DNA from: Escherichia coli
Lineage (GTDB): Bacteria; Pseudomonadota; Gammaproteobacteria; Enterobacterales; Enterobacteriaceae
Direction: 5' to 3' (one strand)
DNA: 64,000 nt
NCBI RefSeq assembly: GCF_003334785.1
Contig: NZ_QOWV01000007.1
In this document: one piece after another, positions 29,539 through 42,628 of the stretch
How positions within the stretch are numbered: the stretch's first letter is position 1
How the letters are laid out: each line of letters opens with the position of its first letter
The notes under the pieces: generated by a model
Database searches by the model: none
The model's input: only the letters and a program-made list of their open reading frames with translations
Told to the model about the DNA's origin: nothing
Position numbers and translations under genes: made by a program

Positions 29539-30854
29539 CAACCTAACTCCTTCGCCAGACGGGCAAACTCATTGCCTCGTTGTTCAAAGTTCTTGAACTG
29601 ATCAAGGCTGGCACAGGCTGGGGAGAGCAGAACCATATCGCCCGGCTGAACACGCGGAGCCAGCAAGCGCATCGCCTGTTCCATAGTTTCGGTTTGTTCT
29701 GCCACTTCCGGGCGTAGCGCCGCCAGCTGCGCGCCGTCACGACCGAAACAATACAGACGTACGTTATCGCCATTCAGGTAACGCGCCAGTGGGCTAAAGT
29801 CCGCCGATTTACCATCGCCACCCAGCAACAAATGCAGTGTGCCGTCTACGTGCAGGCCATTCAGCGCCGCTTCCGTACTGCCGACGTTGGTCGCTTTCGA
29901 ATCGTTAATCCAACGTACGCCGTTATGCTCCAGCACAACTTCAAAGCGATGCGGCAGACCAGTGAATGTGGTTAACGCTTTCAGGCTGCTGGCACGCGGT
30001 AACCCTGCAGCATCTGCCAGCGCCAGCGCCGCCAGCGCATTGGTGTAGTTATGCTGCCCGGAAAGTTTCATCTCTTTCACATTCAGCACTTTCTCGCCTT
30101 TAACCCGCAGCCAGGTTTCGCCCTGCTGATGATTCAGGTGATAGTCACCCATGTTGACGCCAAAGCTGACGCAGCGTTCATCCGCACCGCGAATCGGCAT
30201 TGTTAAGGCATCATCAGCATTAACCACGCAAACTTTCGCGTTTTCGTAAATGCGCAGTTTTGCTGCACGATACTGTTGTAAACCAAACGGATAGCGATCC
30301 ATATGATCTTCAGTCACGTTCAGAATGGTCGCTGCTACCGCCTGTAAGCTGGAGGTGGTTTCCAGCTGGAAGCTCGACAGTTCCAGCACGTACAGTTCAC
30401 ACTCATCATCCAGTAGCATCAACGCAGGCAGGCCAATATTGCCACCCACACCAACGTTAACCCCCGCCGCTTTCGCCATTTCACCCACTAGCGTGGTGAC
30501 CGTGCTTTTGCCGTTAGAACCGGTAATCGCCACAATCGGTGCTTGTGCTTCGCGACAGAACAGCTCGATATCGCCAACGATTTCGATTCCGGCATCAGCG
30601 GCAGCGCTTAAGGATGGATGCGCCAGTGCAATACCGGGACTGGCGACAATCAGATCTGCCGCCATCAGCCATTCATCATTCAGACTGCCCGTGTGGCGTT
30701 CTACGGCTTCGGGTAATTTATCCAGGCCAGGCGGTGTCATACGCGTATCCATAACGCGCGGCGTCACACCGCGAGCGAGGAAAAAGTCCACGCAGGAAAG
30801 CCCGGTGAGGCCCAGGCCGATAATGACGACATTTTTACCCTGATAATCAGCCAT
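29538..30854 (-). CDS. murD: UDP-N-acetylmuramoylalanine--D-glutamate ligase
   Basis: 438 aa [29 protein letters not shown]...; Mur ligase GSNGKST. Confidence 0.97.
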
Positions 30855-30856
30855 GA

Positions 30857-31939
30857 TTAACGTACCTTCAGCGTTGCCAGACCAATCAGAACCAGCATCA
30901 GCGAAATAATCCAGAAACGCACAATGACGCGCGGTTCCGGCCAGCCTTTCAGTTCATAGTGGTGATGAATCGGTGCCATGCGGAAAATACGTTGTCCGCG
31001 CAGTTTAAAGGAGCCGACCTGCAGGATGACAGAAAGCGTTTCTACCACGAACACGCCCCCCATAATCACCAGCAGGAATTCCTGACGTAGCAGTACGGCG
31101 ATAATGCCTAACGCACCACCTAACGCCAGCGAACCTACATCGCCCATAAAGACCTGCGCCGGATAGGTGTTAAACCACAGGAAGCCCAGTCCTGCCCCGA
31201 CTATCGCGGTACAGACAATAACCAGTTCCCCGGCGTGTCGCAGATACGGTATATGCAAGTAGCTGGCAAAGTTCATATTGCCGGTCGCCCACGCCACCAG
31301 CGCAAAACCACCGGCGACAAATACGGTCGGCATAATTGCCAGGCCGTCGAGACCATCGGTCAGGTTTACCGCGTTGCCAGTACCCACAATGACGAAGTAA
31401 GCCAGCAGAATGTAGAACAGCCCCAGCTGCGGCATCACATCTTTAAAGAATGGGACCACCAGCTGCGTTGCGGGCGTGTCTTTGCCGGCAAGGTACAGGG
31501 CGAAGGCGACACCCAGCGCAATGACCGACATCCAGAAATACTTCCAACGAGCGATCAACCCTTTGGTGTCTTTACGCACCACTTTGCGATAATCATCAAC
31601 AAAGCCAATAACACCGTAACCTACCAGCACCACCAACACGCACCAGACGTACGGATTGGACGGGTAAGCCCACAGCAGTACGGAGATCACAATCGCCGTC
31701 AGGATCATAATCCCGCCCATGGTCGGCGTACCGCGCTTGCTGAAGTGTGATTCAGGACCGTCGTTACGCACCACCTGACCAAAGGAAAGTTTTTGCAAAT
31801 GAGCAATCATACGCGGGCCCATCCACAATGAGATGAACAGCGCGGTCAGCAGGCTGACGATGGCGCGAAACGTCAGATAGGAAAAGACGTTAAAGCCGGA
31901 ATAATATTTGACCAAATGTTCGGCCAGCCAAACTAACAT
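30857..31939 (-). CDS. mraY: phospho-N-acetylmuramoyl-pentapeptide transferase
   Basis: 360 aa [31 protein letters not shown]...; polytopic membrane protein. Confidence 0.97.
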
Positions 31940-33291
31940 GTCCCATTCTCCTGTAAAGCGCGTACTACCTCTTCCATGGCGGCACTACGTGAACCCTTAA
32001 CTAAAATCGTAATTACCTGTTGCTCAGCAATCAGTAATTTAAGACGCGTAATTAACGCAGTTTTATCAGCAAAATGTTCGCCAACGCCGCTGGCGGTGCT
32101 GATAGCATGGCTTTGTTTACCCACGCTTAACACGCGGTCAATACCAGCAGCTTTTGCCGCCTCGCCCACCTGTACATGGCAGGCTTCGCTTTCAGCGCCC
32201 AGTTCCGCCATATCGCCCACCACCAGCACGCGGTAGCCCGGCATTTCAGCCAGTACCTGGACTGCTGCAGTCATTGAACCGACATTGGCGTTGTAGGAGT
32301 CGTCGAGCAGCAACTGGTTTTCTGCCAGTTGGATGGGGAACAGACGGCCTGGAACAGCTTTCAGATTTGCCAGCCCCGCTTTGATAGCATCAAGCGTTGC
32401 GCCCACGGACATGGAGAGCGCAGCGGCTGCCAGCGCATTCGCAATATTGTGACGCCCCGGCAACGGCAGCAGAACATCGACGCTACCGGTTGGGGTTTGT
32501 AGGGTAAATTCCGTACCGTGCGAGGTCACATGGATATTGGTGGCGGTGAAATCGCTGTTGGCGGCATTGGGTGAGAAACGCCACACTTTGCGTGAGCCAA
32601 TTACGCTCTGCCAGTTCAGCCAGTCGTTGTTGTCGGCGTTCATAATGGCGATACCGTTTTCCGGCAGGCCGCTAAAGATTTCACCTTTCGCTTTCGCGAC
32701 ACCCGCAAGCGAGCCAAAACCTTCCAGATGCGCCGCTGCCAGGTTGTTGACCAGCGCAGCTTCCGGGCGAGTCAGACTCACAGTCCAGGCTATTTCGCCC
32801 TGATGGTTCGCGCCAAGTTCAATAACTGCGTAATCGTATTCCGGCGTTAAGCGCAACAGCGTCATCGGTACACCGATGTCGTTGTTGAGATTGCCTGCCG
32901 TATAAAGCGTGTTGCCGCACTGGCTTAAAATCGCCGCCGTCATCTCTTTAACGGAGGTTTTGCCGGAGGACCCCGTCAGAGCAACCACGCGCGCCGGAAC
33001 TTGCTGGCGAACCCATGCAGCCAGTTCACCAAACGCCAGACGCGTATCCTTGACGATTAACTGCGGCAGGTCGATGTCCAGCGGACGGCTAACCAGTAGT
33101 GCGCCTGCGCCGCCAGCTTTCGCCTGGTCGGCAAAATCGTGGGCATCAAAACGTTCGCCTTTCAGGGCAACAAACAGGCAGCCCGGCGTCAGTTTTCGGG
33201 TATCAGTGGTTACAGCATCAAGGGTGATATCTGCACCTTGCAGTTCACCGTTGAGAATGTCGGTAAGTTGGCTAAGGGTTACGCTAATCAT
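31933..33291 (-). CDS. murF: UDP-MurNAc-tripeptide--D-Ala-D-Ala ligase
   Basis: 452 aa; Mur ligase P-loop GSSGKTS. Confidence 0.97.
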
Positions 33292-34775
33292 GCAATCACC
33301 CCCAGCAGACGCGCCACCGTGACGCGATCGGAGTAGTCCAGACGCTGATTGCCAACAATCTGGTAATCTTCATGGCCTTTGCCCGCGACCAGTACCACAT
33401 CATTCTCTTTAGCCTGCATAACGGCGCAAGTCACCGCTTCAGCACGGCCTTCCATCACTTTGGCATGTCCGGCATCTAACATTCCCGCCAGAATATCGTT
33501 GATGATGGCACGCGGTTCTTCGGTACGCGGGTTATCGTCCGTCACCACCGCCACGTCAGCAAACTCTTCGGCAATTGCGCCCATCAGTGGACGCTTACCT
33601 TTATCGCGATCGCCACCACAGCCAAAGACACACCACAGCTTGCCCGCACAGTGCAGACGCGCCGCCTGTAAGGCTTTTTCCAGTGCATCCGGCGTATGCG
33701 CGTAATCCACCACCACCGTCGGTTTGCCTGGCGCAGTGAACACTTCCATACGTCCGCAAACCGGTTGCAGACGCGCGGCGGTTTTCAGCAGATCAGCCAG
33801 TGGATAGCCGAGTGCCAACAGTGTCGCCAGCGCGAGCAGCAGGTTGCTGACGTTAAAAGCGCCCATCAGATGGCTTTCAATTTCGCCATCGCCCCAACTT
33901 GAGCTAAAGCGAATCGTCGCACCGCTGTCGTGATAGTTCACTTCGGTCGCTTTCAACCAGCGTCCGTGACAGTTCGGATTAATATGATCTTCCATTGATA
34001 CCGCAACCGCGTCCGGCAGTTTTGCCAGCCAGCGGCGGCCCACTTCATCGTCGGCGTTAATAATCGCCTGACCGCAATGATGCTCAGAATAAAGCAGCCA
34101 TTTCGCGGCTTCGTAGTGTTCCATATCACCATGATAATCAAGGTGATCGCGGCTTAAGTTGGTAAAGACCGACGCCGCAAATTTCAATGCCGCCACACGG
34201 TGCTGTACCAGCCCGTGGGAGGAAACTTCCATTGCGCAAAACGTCGCGCCCTGATCCACCAGCCCCGCCAGCTCATGCTGAACATCGACTGCCGAACCGG
34301 TTGTATTTTCTGTCGGGATCACTTTCCCCAGCAGGCCGTTACCAACGGTGCCCATTACCGCGCTGGTTTCGCCAAGCAGTTGGCTCCACTGCGCCAACAG
34401 CTGGGTAGTCGTGGTTTTGCCGTTGGTGCCCGTTACGCCCACGAGACGTAAATTGTCAGAGGGTTCATGGTAAAAGCGGCCCGCCAGTGCAGATAAACGC
34501 TCGTTGAGCTGGCTGAGATAGATGACCGGTACGCCGTGCATTTCACGGATTTCACCATCGGTCGCCTCATCTTTCGCCTCTGCAATAATGGCAGCCACAC
34601 CTTGCGCTATCGCCTGCGGGATATATCGACGCCCGTCCGCCTGATGACCTACTACAGCTACAAAGAGATCGCCCGCCGCAGCCACACGGCTGTCGAGTGT
34701 CATCTCTCGCAGTGCTCGCGAAGGTGCGTCTGGCACCCACGGAGCAAGAAGGTCGCGCAAATTACGATCTGCCAC
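33288..34775 (-). CDS. murE: UDP-MurNAc-L-Ala-D-Glu--meso-diaminopimelate ligase
   Basis: 495 aa; Mur ligase GTNGKTTTT. Confidence 0.97.
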
Positions 34776-36528
34776 CTGTCCCCTCGCCTTGATTAATCAC
34801 AAATTCATTTTTATCGCCCGTTGTCAGCGCATCCGGCTCGATGTTCATGGTACGCAATACGCCGCCCATGATGGCACCAAAGACCGGCGCGGAAACGGCG
34901 CCGCCGTAGTATTTACCCGCCTGCGGATCGTTGATAACAACAACCAGCGCGAAGCGCGGCTGACTCGCAGGCGCAACGCCTGCGGTATAAGCAATATATT
35001 TATTGATGTAGCGACCGTCCGGCCCGACCTTTTTCGCGGTACCGGTTTTAATGGCGATACGATAGCCTTTAATCGCCGCCTTCACGCCGCCGCCGCCTGG
35101 TAGCGCCACGCTTTCCATCATATGCACCACAGTGCGGACAATGGATTCCGGGAAGACACGTTCACCGGGAACCGGGGGGTCAACTTTGGTAATCGACAGT
35201 GGGCGATAAATGCCGTAGCTGCCGATAGTTGCGTAGACTCGCGCTAACTGTAATGGTGTTACCATTAGCCCGTAGCCGAAAGAGAAGGTGGCCCTCTCTA
35301 TGTCAGACCACCGTTGTTTTTGAGGATATAAGCCACTGCGTTCTCCGACCAACCCCAAATTGGTCGCTTTTCCCAGTCCAAAACGTGAGTAAGTATCTAC
35401 TAACGCTGAGGACGGCATCGCTAACGCCAGCTTGGAAACACCGACGTTACTCGACTTCTGTAATACCCCGGTCAGGGTTAATTCGCTGTAGCGTGCCACG
35501 TCTTTGATTTCGTGGCCGTTAATTCGATAAGGAATGGTATTGAGTACCGAGTTTTCCCGCACCACGCCACGTTGCAACGCGGTCATTACCACCATCGGTT
35601 TAACCGTTGAGCCCGGTTCAAACACGTCGGTGATGGTACGGTTACGCATCGCCTCTTTCGGCGTGCCGCTCAGATTGTTAGGGTTGTATGACGGGCTGTT
35701 AGCCATCGCCAGCACTTCACCGGTGTTGACATCCACCAGCACGGCGCTACCAGATTCAGCCTTGTTAAAGGCCACCGCGTTGTTCAGTTCGCGATAAACC
35801 AGCGCCTGCAGGCGTTCATCAATACTCAGCGCCAGGTTGTGCGCTGCCTGGCTGTCAGTAGAAGAAATATCTTCAATTACGCGACCATAGCGGTCTTTAC
35901 GCACAATGCGCTCACCCGGCTGCCCGGTAAGCCATTTATCGAAACTCTTCTCAACGCCCTCAATCCCTTGACTATCGACGTTAGTAAAGCCGATGAGGTG
36001 AGCAGTCACTTCGCCGGACGGATAGTAACGGCGAGACTCTTCACGCAGATGAATCCCCGGCAGTTTCAGTTTTTTGATGTAGTCCGCCATGTCAGGGTTC
36101 ACCTGACGCGCCAGATAAATAAAGCGCCCTTTCGGGTTGGCGTTAATGCGGGCTGAAAGCTGATCCAGCGGAATATTGAGCGCGTTAGCCAGCGCCTTCC
36201 AGCGGTCACCGACGCTGATACCGCCAGCGTCATGCACTTCTTTCGGGTCAGCCCAAATCGCTTTTACCGGCACGCTCACCGCTAACGGGCGACCAGAACG
36301 GTCAGTAATCATGCCGCGGGAGGTGGAAACTTGCTGAACGCGAAGAGAACGCATGTCGCCCTCTTTCACCAGCATATCCGGGGAGATAACTTGTAACCAC
36401 GCTACGCGTCCGAGCAGAAAAGCCAGCGCCAGGAGAATACAGCCGCATAACAACGCAAAACGCCAACTGATAAAGTTGGCATGTTCTTCCTGACGTTTTG
36501 GTTTCTGCGTTTTCGCCGCTGCTTTCAT
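34762..36528 (-). CDS. ftsI: peptidoglycan D,D-transpeptidase FtsI (PBP3)
   Basis: 588 aa; N-terminal TM anchor, transpeptidase motifs STVK and KTG. Confidence 0.97.
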
Positions 36529-36543
36529 GCGTCGCGTTTATCC

Positions 36544-36909
36544 TTATTTTTGCACTACGATATTTTCTTGTGACGGATCAACATGCTGCATTTGCAGCTT
36601 TTCCGTGGCGATCCTTTCCACCCGGCTATGGTCGCCGAGCGCATTCTCTTCAAGGATCAGGTTGCGCCATTCAATGTCTAAAGCATCTCGCTCCAGCACC
36701 AGTTGTTCGCGCTGAGCGGTCAGTAAACGGGTATGGTGCGCCGTGGTTACCACAGTCACCGCCGTCAAAATAATGCAAATGAACAGGCAGAGTGGCAGCT
36801 TCCCAAATCGCAAAAGATCGTCACCGATAACACCAGGCAATGCATGGCGCTCGTGGCTTCCCATCGATCCTTTAACTTTGCTTAGAGCTTCTGTCACTCT
36901 GCTGATCAT
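36544..36909 (-). CDS. ftsL: cell division protein FtsL
   Basis: 121 aa bitopic protein with leucine-zipper-like periplasmic region; overlaps rsmH stop. Confidence 0.95.
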
Positions 36910-37847
36910 GCATTCGTCCTCTCTGCAATACGCAGAACTGAACTACGGGCACGAGGGTTCTCAGCCACCTCTTCTTCGCCCGGCATTAACTTGCCTAGTG
37001 CTCGCAGCTGACGGCCACCCAGTTTTTTGAGCTGCTCTTCAGTCATCGGTAACCCTGCCGGAACTTGCGGACCGCGGCTGTTTTCACGCATAAAACGTTT
37101 CACAATACGGTCTTCCAGCGAGTGGAAGCTGATGATCGAAAGCCGCCCACCCGGGGCCAGCACGTTGAGCGAGCTTTTTAGCGCCTGCTCTATCTCCTCC
37201 AGTTCACTGTTTACCCAAATGCGCACCGCCTGGAAGGTACGGGTCGCGGGATGTTTAAACTTATCTTTCACCGGCGTTGCAGCAGCCACGACTTCCGCCA
37301 GTTCTTTGGTGCGGGTCATCGGCTGTTCGCGGTTACGCTCGACAATGGCGCGGGCAATGCGTTTGGCAAAACGCTCTTCACCATAGGTTTTCAATACCCA
37401 GGCGATATCGGCTTCTTCTGCGGTTTGTAGCCATTCAGCGGCTGACTGCCCACGGGTTGGGTCCATACGCATGTCCAGCGGACCATCGCGCATAAAGGAA
37501 AAGCCACGTTCAGCATCATCAAGTTGCGGTGAAGAGACGCCAAGATCGAGGAGAATGCCGTCGATCTTGCCGATAAGATCGCGCTCGGCAACGTATTCGC
37601 CCAGCGCGGAGAAAGGTCCGTGGATGATGGAGAAGCGCGGATCATCAATAGTCTTCGCAACGGCGATAGCCTGCGGGTCGCGATCGATCGCCAGCAAACG
37701 CCCCTCTTCGCCAAGCTGCGAGAGGATCAGACGTGAGTGACCACCGCGACCAAAAGTCCCATCAATGTAGATGCCATCAGGACGGATATTGAGGCCATTA
37801 ACGGCTTCATCCAGCAGCACCGTAGTATGTTTATAGTTTTCCATCAT
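36906..37847 (-). CDS. rsmH: 16S rRNA (cytosine1402-N4)-methyltransferase
   Basis: Track ORF 356 aa has a 43-codon N-terminal extension; known N-terminus [19 protein letters not shown] begins at ATG 37845-37847 (313 aa), 1 bp after the mraZ stop. Confidence 0.94.
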
Positions 37848-37848
37848 T

Positions 37849-38307
37849 TTATAGAGACAAGTCCTGCAGTCGCTCCGATAAGTCTCCGGTAGCCAACTGC
37901 TCTGCGTCGATATCTTCCTTGACCTGTTGATGCCAGGTTGTTTCATCCCACAGCTCAAACTTGTTGAACTGTCCAACCAGCATCACTTCTTTTGTCAGCC
38001 CGGCATGTTGCCGCAGTACTGGCGCGATTAACAATCGACCTGCGCCATCCATCTGACATTCGCTGGCATGACCTAACAGTAGGCGCTGCACACGGCGCTC
38101 AACCGGGTTCATGCTCGACAGACGCGATAATTTTTGCTCGATAATTTCCCATTCAGGCAGGGGGTAAAGCAGCAGGCACGGGTGATAAATGTCAATGGTG
38201 CAAACCATTTGACCGGCAGCGTTCTCAAGCAGCTGTTCCCGATAACGGGTAGGCACTGATAAGCGCCCTTTGCTGTCGAGATTGACTAACGTTGCTCCCC
38301 GGAACAT
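37849..38307 (-). CDS. mraZ: transcriptional regulator MraZ
   Basis: Track ORF 164 aa; known N-terminus [19 protein letters not shown] begins at ATG 38305-38307 (152 aa); the longer frame would run through the operator repeats. Confidence 0.93.
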
Positions 38308-38321
38308 GCCAGCCTCACCCC

Positions 38322-38352
38322 TTATTCCCACTTTGCCCCACAATTTCCCACT
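38322..38352 (-). promoter_or_regulatory. MraZ operator: three direct GTGGG repeats at 10-bp spacing
   Basis: Minus strand reads aGTGGGaaatt-GTGGGgcaaa-GTGGGaataag, 15-45 bp upstream of the mraZ ATG. Confidence 0.75.
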
Positions 38353-38354
38353 GA

Positions 38355-38390
38355 AAGGAGTTTACGGAGCTGAGGAAAAGCTTGTCAAGC
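38355..38390 (-). promoter_or_regulatory. candidate Pmra promoter (-35 TTGACA, ~18-bp spacer, -10 TAAACT)
   Basis: Perfect TTGACA on the minus strand (plus coords 38383-38388) and TAAACT (38359-38364), immediately upstream of the MraZ repeats. Confidence 0.5.
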
Positions 38391-38861
38391 CAGTCACAAG
38401 GCATACCGAGGTAAAAAACCCGATGTTTACGGCTAATATCAGCGTTGTTTATTTTACGTCCAACGTGCGAAGCAAATTAACGTTATGAATAGCTGTAAGA
38501 AAAAATCCCTCATCGTCATCACCGTTTTAAAATGACTCACTATTTTCCACAGCAAATATAAAGTGTCAGTTTGCGACGCGAGCGGCATTTTAGGACATAT
38601 CTTCCCCGGTTAACAGTCCTTGTTACGTCTGTGTGGCGCTTGATGCCAGCGGGTTTGCGCAAAAGCAAAGAAAAGTGTTTGTTAAATCGGCAATTCATCG
38701 CCGCATGTAACAAAATAATGCAAAAACGCGCTGTCGATATCACTTAATTATTGTGAATTTCAGCTGGTGAGTTAATTAACGGGCGGGTTTAAAAGCATTT
38801 ATCAATAATAGTCAGGAATAGTCTTATTTACTTTAAGCATATTGATGTCCAGTCCCGTACT

Positions 38862-38898
38862 CTACGCGCCAGAGGGAAATTCACCTGGCGCGTATTTT
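38862..38898. terminator. hairpin just downstream of cra, flanked by A-tract on the minus strand and T-tract on the plus strand
   Basis: CGCGCCAG-(12 nt)-CTGGCGCG followed by TATTTTTGTT on the plus strand, 10 bp after the cra stop. Confidence 0.5.
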
Positions 38899-38908
38899 TG
38901 TTCGCGGC

Positions 38909-39913
38909 TTAGCTACGGCTGAGCACGCCGCGGCGATAGAGATTACGTTTAATGCGCGTTAAACCAGGTTTTGGCTTACGCGGTTCGTCCAGGCTTGCCA
39001 GGACAATCTCCAGCACACGCTCTGCGACATCGCGGTGACGTTGAGCCACTGCCAGCACCGGACACTGTAAGAAGTCGAGCAGTTCGTTATCGCCAAAGGT
39101 GGCAATTGCCAGGTCAGAAGGCAGTTTGCCGTCGCGACGCAGCGTGACATCCATCACTCCTTGCAACAACGCAAACGACGTTGTGAACAGCGCCTGCGGC
39201 ATCGGATGCGTTTCCAGCCATTTTTCGAATAACTGGGCAGCCGCCTCCCGCTCATAGCTGTTGGCATACAGGAAATGCACTTCGCGCGGATCATCTTTCC
39301 AGGCAGTACGGAAACCTTGTTCACGCAGGAAGCTGACAGAAAGCTCCGGTAGCGCACCAAGATAAAGCACCGTCTCGGCGGGAAACTTACGTAACTCTTC
39401 CGCCAGCATTTCGGCATCATCCTGATCGGCACCAACCACGCTGGTGAAGTGTTCACGATCGAGGGCGCGGTCCAGCGCGACAATCGGGAACGGGTCGTTA
39501 GCCCAGCGTTGATAAAAAGGATGCTCAGGAGGCAACGACGTCGAAACAATAATGGCATCAACCTGACGCTGTAAAAGGTGCTCAATGCACCGCATTTCGT
39601 TGTCTGGCTGATCTTCTGAGCAGGCAATCAGCAGTTGATAACCCCGTTGCCGCGCCTGGCGTTCAAGATAGTTAGCGATGCGGGTATAGCTGGTGTTCTC
39701 CAGATCGGGGATCACAAGACCAATAGAACGTGTGCGTCCAGCACGAAGCCCAGCTGCCACGGCGTTCGGGTGGTAATTGTGCTCACGCACCACAGCCATG
39801 ACTTTTTCAACGGTTTTGTCGCTCACACGGTATTGCTTCGCTTTGCCGTTAATAACATAGCTTGCAGTGGTCCGCGACACTCCCGCCAGCCGAGCGATTT
39901 CATCCAGTTTCAC
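38909..39913 (-). CDS. cra: catabolite repressor/activator (FruR), LacI family
   Basis: 334 aa [38 protein letters not shown]...; N-terminal HTH plus periplasmic-binding-protein-like fold. Confidence 0.96.
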   Translation of the reverse strand: MKLDEIARLAGVSRTTASYVINGKAKQYRVSDKTVEKVMAVVREHNYHPNAVAAGLRAGRTRSIGLVIPDLENTSYTRIANYLERQARQRGYQLLIACSEDQPDNEMRCIEHLLQRQVDAIIVSTSLPPEHPFYQRWANDPFPIVALDRALDREHFTSVVGADQDDAEMLAEELRKFPAETVLYLGALPELSVSFLREQGFRTAWKDDPREVHFLYANSYEREAAAQLFEKWLETHPMPQALFTTSFALLQGVMDVTLRRDGKLPSDLAIATFGDNELLDFLQCPVLAVAQRHRDVAERVLEIVLASLDEPRKPKPGLTRIKRNLYRRGVLSRS

Positions 39914-40092
39914 AATTGCCCCTTGCGTAAAATGTAAAAACCATAGCCATTGTACTGGTATGGGTTAAATTCATTAACATCTAAGCGCAGAAAATTAACT
40001 GCGGCAACTGCTTTTATTCCAGGTTCCCACTGATTTCGCAAAAAAAGCCCAACGTGACATGTTGGGCTGTAAATTGCGCATTGAGATCATTC

Positions 40093-40584
40093 TCAACGCA
40101 TTATTTTATCGCCGCGCGAAAGTCCGACCACACCAGAGCGAGCAACCTCCACAATTTTCGCCACATCGCGAATCGATGCTAAAAATGCATCAAGCTTACC
40201 GCTGGTGCCTGCTAATTGAACGGTATAAAGCGAGGGTGTGACATCGATAATTTGCCCACGGAATATTTCCGTATTACGTTTCACTTCGTCACGCCCGTAA
40301 CCGCTGGCCTGAATTTTCACCAGCATGATTTCCCGCTCAACATGCGCGCCCTGCCCCAACTCACTCACGCGCAAGACATCGACCAGTTTGTGTAATTGCT
40401 TTTCGATCTGCTCAAGTACTTTTTCATCGCCCACGGTCTGGATGGTCATACGCGATAATGTCGGATCGTCGGTTGGCGCAACGGTCAGGCTTTCAATGTT
40501 GTAGCCACGCTGGGAAAAAAGGCCAATCACGCGGGATAACGCGCCTGATTCATTTTCGAGTAAGACTGATAATATCCGGCGCAT
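40093..40584 (-). CDS. ilvH: acetolactate synthase III, small regulatory subunit
   Basis: Track ORF 173 aa; known N-terminus [19 protein letters not shown] (ACT domain) begins at ATG 40582-40584 (163 aa), 2 bp after the ilvI stop. Confidence 0.94.
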
Positions 40585-40586
40585 AA

Positions 40587-42311
40587 TCAGGTTCTCTCCG
40601 TTTTGCTTAACCACATTTCATCCATTCCGCCCCCGCGAATCTGCATCGGGTAGACGTGCTCGCTGCCATCGACGGTAACATCAACAAACACCAGGCGATT
40701 ATTGCGCACCTGTTCCAGCGCCTCGCTAAGTTTGCTTTCCAGCTCATGCGGATGAGAAATCTGGATCCCGACATGCCCATAGGCTTCCGCCAGACGGACG
40801 AAATCGGGTAGCGATTGCATATAAGATTGTGAATGACGGCCGGAATAGATCATGTCCTGCCACTGCTTCACCATCCCCAGATAGCGGTTATTGAGATTCA
40901 CCACCAGTACGGGCAACTCGTATTGCAACGCGGTAGACAGTTCCTGGATGTTCATCTGAATACTGCCGTCGCCAGTGACGCAAACCACGGTTTCTTCTGG
41001 CAACGCCATTTTGACGCCCAGTGCCGCAGGTAAACCAAAACCCATCGTGCCGAGGCCACCGGAATTGATCCAGCGACGCGGTTTGTCGAATGGATAATAA
41101 AGTGCAGCAAACATCTGGTGCTGCCCGACATCGGACGTCACGTAAGCGTCTCCCTTCGTCAACCGCCAAAGAGTCTCGATCACCGCCTGCGGTTTAATCT
41201 TTTCACTGTGAGTGTCATATTTCAGGCACTGACGAGCGCGCCACTGTTCAATTTGCTGCCACCAGTCGCGGATCTCATCCAGTGGTTGATGGGCGGATTC
41301 TTGCGACAAGAGTTCAAGCATTTGTTCGAGGACCTGGCGAGCATCCCCCACAATCGGGATATCCGCAGTCACGGTTTTAGAAATGGAAGTAGGATCAATA
41401 TCGATATGCAGAACAGTGGCATTTGGGCAGTACTTTGCCAGATTGTTCGTCGTTCGGTCATCAAATCGTACCCCGACGGCGAAAATCACATCCGCGTTAT
41501 GCATCGTCATATTGGCTTCGTAGGTACCGTGCATTCCCAGCATGCCCAGTGCCTGACGATGCGTTGCCGGAAACGCCCCCAGCCCCATCAATGAGCAAAC
41601 AACGGGCAGATTCAACGCCTCCACCGTTTCTTTCAACTGCTGATGGCAGCCCGCCGTGATTGCCCCACCGCCTACGTAGACAACCGGTTTTTTTGCCGCT
41701 ACCAGCGTTTGCAGAGCACGCTTAATTTGCCCTTTATGTCCGGTAGTAGTGGGATTGTAAGAACGCATACTGACCGACTCCGGCCAGACATAGGGTAATT
41801 TGTTCGCCGGATTAAGAATATCTTTCGGTAAATCAACGACTACTGGTCCTGGGCGACCACTTGCCGCCAGCCAGAAAGCCTTTTTCAGCACCTGCGGAAT
41901 GTCTTCCGTTTGCTTAACCAGAAAACTGTGTTTAACCACCGGTCGCGAAATCCCCACCATGTCGCACTCCTGAAAGGCATCGTAACCTATCAACGAGGTC
42001 GCTACCTGCCCGGAAAGGACAACTAATGGAATGGAATCCATATAAGCGGTGGCGATGCCAGTAATCGCATTGGTCGCCCCTGGACCCGACGTTACCAGCA
42101 CGACGCCGACTTCCCCGGTCGCGCGCGCCAGGCCATCGGCCATATGCACCGCCGCCTGCTCATGACGAACTAATACATGATCAATACCACCCACGGTATG
42201 CAATGCATCATAAATATCAAGGACTGCGCCTCCGGGATAACCGAATACTTGTTTAACGCCCTGATCGATAAGCGATCGGACGACCATCTCGGCTCCAGAC
42301 AACATCTCCAT
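40587..42311 (-). CDS. ilvI: acetolactate synthase III, large catalytic subunit
   Basis: Track ORF 604 aa; known N-terminus [28 protein letters not shown] begins at ATG 42309-42311 (574 aa); ThDP-binding GDGS motif. Confidence 0.94.
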   Translation of the reverse strand: MEMLSGAEMVVRSLIDQGVKQVFGYPGGAVLDIYDALHTVGGIDHVLVRHEQAAVHMADGLARATGEVGVVLVTSGPGATNAITGIATAYMDSIPLVVLSGQVATSLIGYDAFQECDMVGISRPVVKHSFLVKQTEDIPQVLKKAFWLAASGRPGPVVVDLPKDILNPANKLPYVWPESVSMRSYNPTTTGHKGQIKRALQTLVAAKKPVVYVGGGAITAGCHQQLKETVEALNLPVVCSLMGLGAFPATHRQALGMLGMHGTYEANMTMHNADVIFAVGVRFDDRTTNNLAKYCPNATVLHIDIDPTSISKTVTADIPIVGDARQVLEQMLELLSQESAHQPLDEIRDWWQQIEQWRARQCLKYDTHSEKIKPQAVIETLWRLTKGDAYVTSDVGQHQMFAALYYPFDKPRRWINSGGLGTMGFGLPAALGVKMALPEETVVCVTGDGSIQMNIQELSTALQYELPVLVVNLNNRYLGMVKQWQDMIYSGRHSQSYMQSLPDFVRLAEAYGHVGIQISHPHELESKLSEALEQVRNNRLVFVDVTVDGSEHVYPMQIRGGGMDEMWLSKTERT

Positions 42312-42628
42312 GGCCTGCCTCACTGTTTGACGGAAAAAATGTGTAAAACACATTAACCGTCCGATCTTGCTTAAGCAATTGGCAGCCAGAGACATAAACA
42401 CGGGGTAATAAGAATAAACAGGAGGAAAGGTGAAAAGAAACGATAAAATCCTCCATTACAGAGGATTAAATTGATAATAAATCGGCTGAATCCCACAACT
42501 TACAGCAATTTCTCTATTTTTTTAATTAATCCTAAAATAGAGAGCCCACACATTCAGAATAAAATTCTACATTCAATAAAAAATGCAGAATAAACCAGAC
42601 ATTCATGTCTGACCTATTCTGCAATCAG

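Noticed and set aside
38540-38743. 67-aa minus-strand ORF in the cra-mraZ spacer
   Set aside because: GTG start with no Shine-Dalgarno and a Cys/Arg-rich composition. It is kept only as part of the spacer finding, not as a gene call.
42312-42628. Possible mobile-element remnant or foreign DNA in the AT-rich ilvI-leuO and leuO-leuL spacers
   Set aside because: There are no terminal inverted repeats, target-site duplications or transposase or integrase fragments. AT-richness is better explained by regulatory nucleoid-protein binding regions, and the flanking spacing is as expected for the core chromosome.
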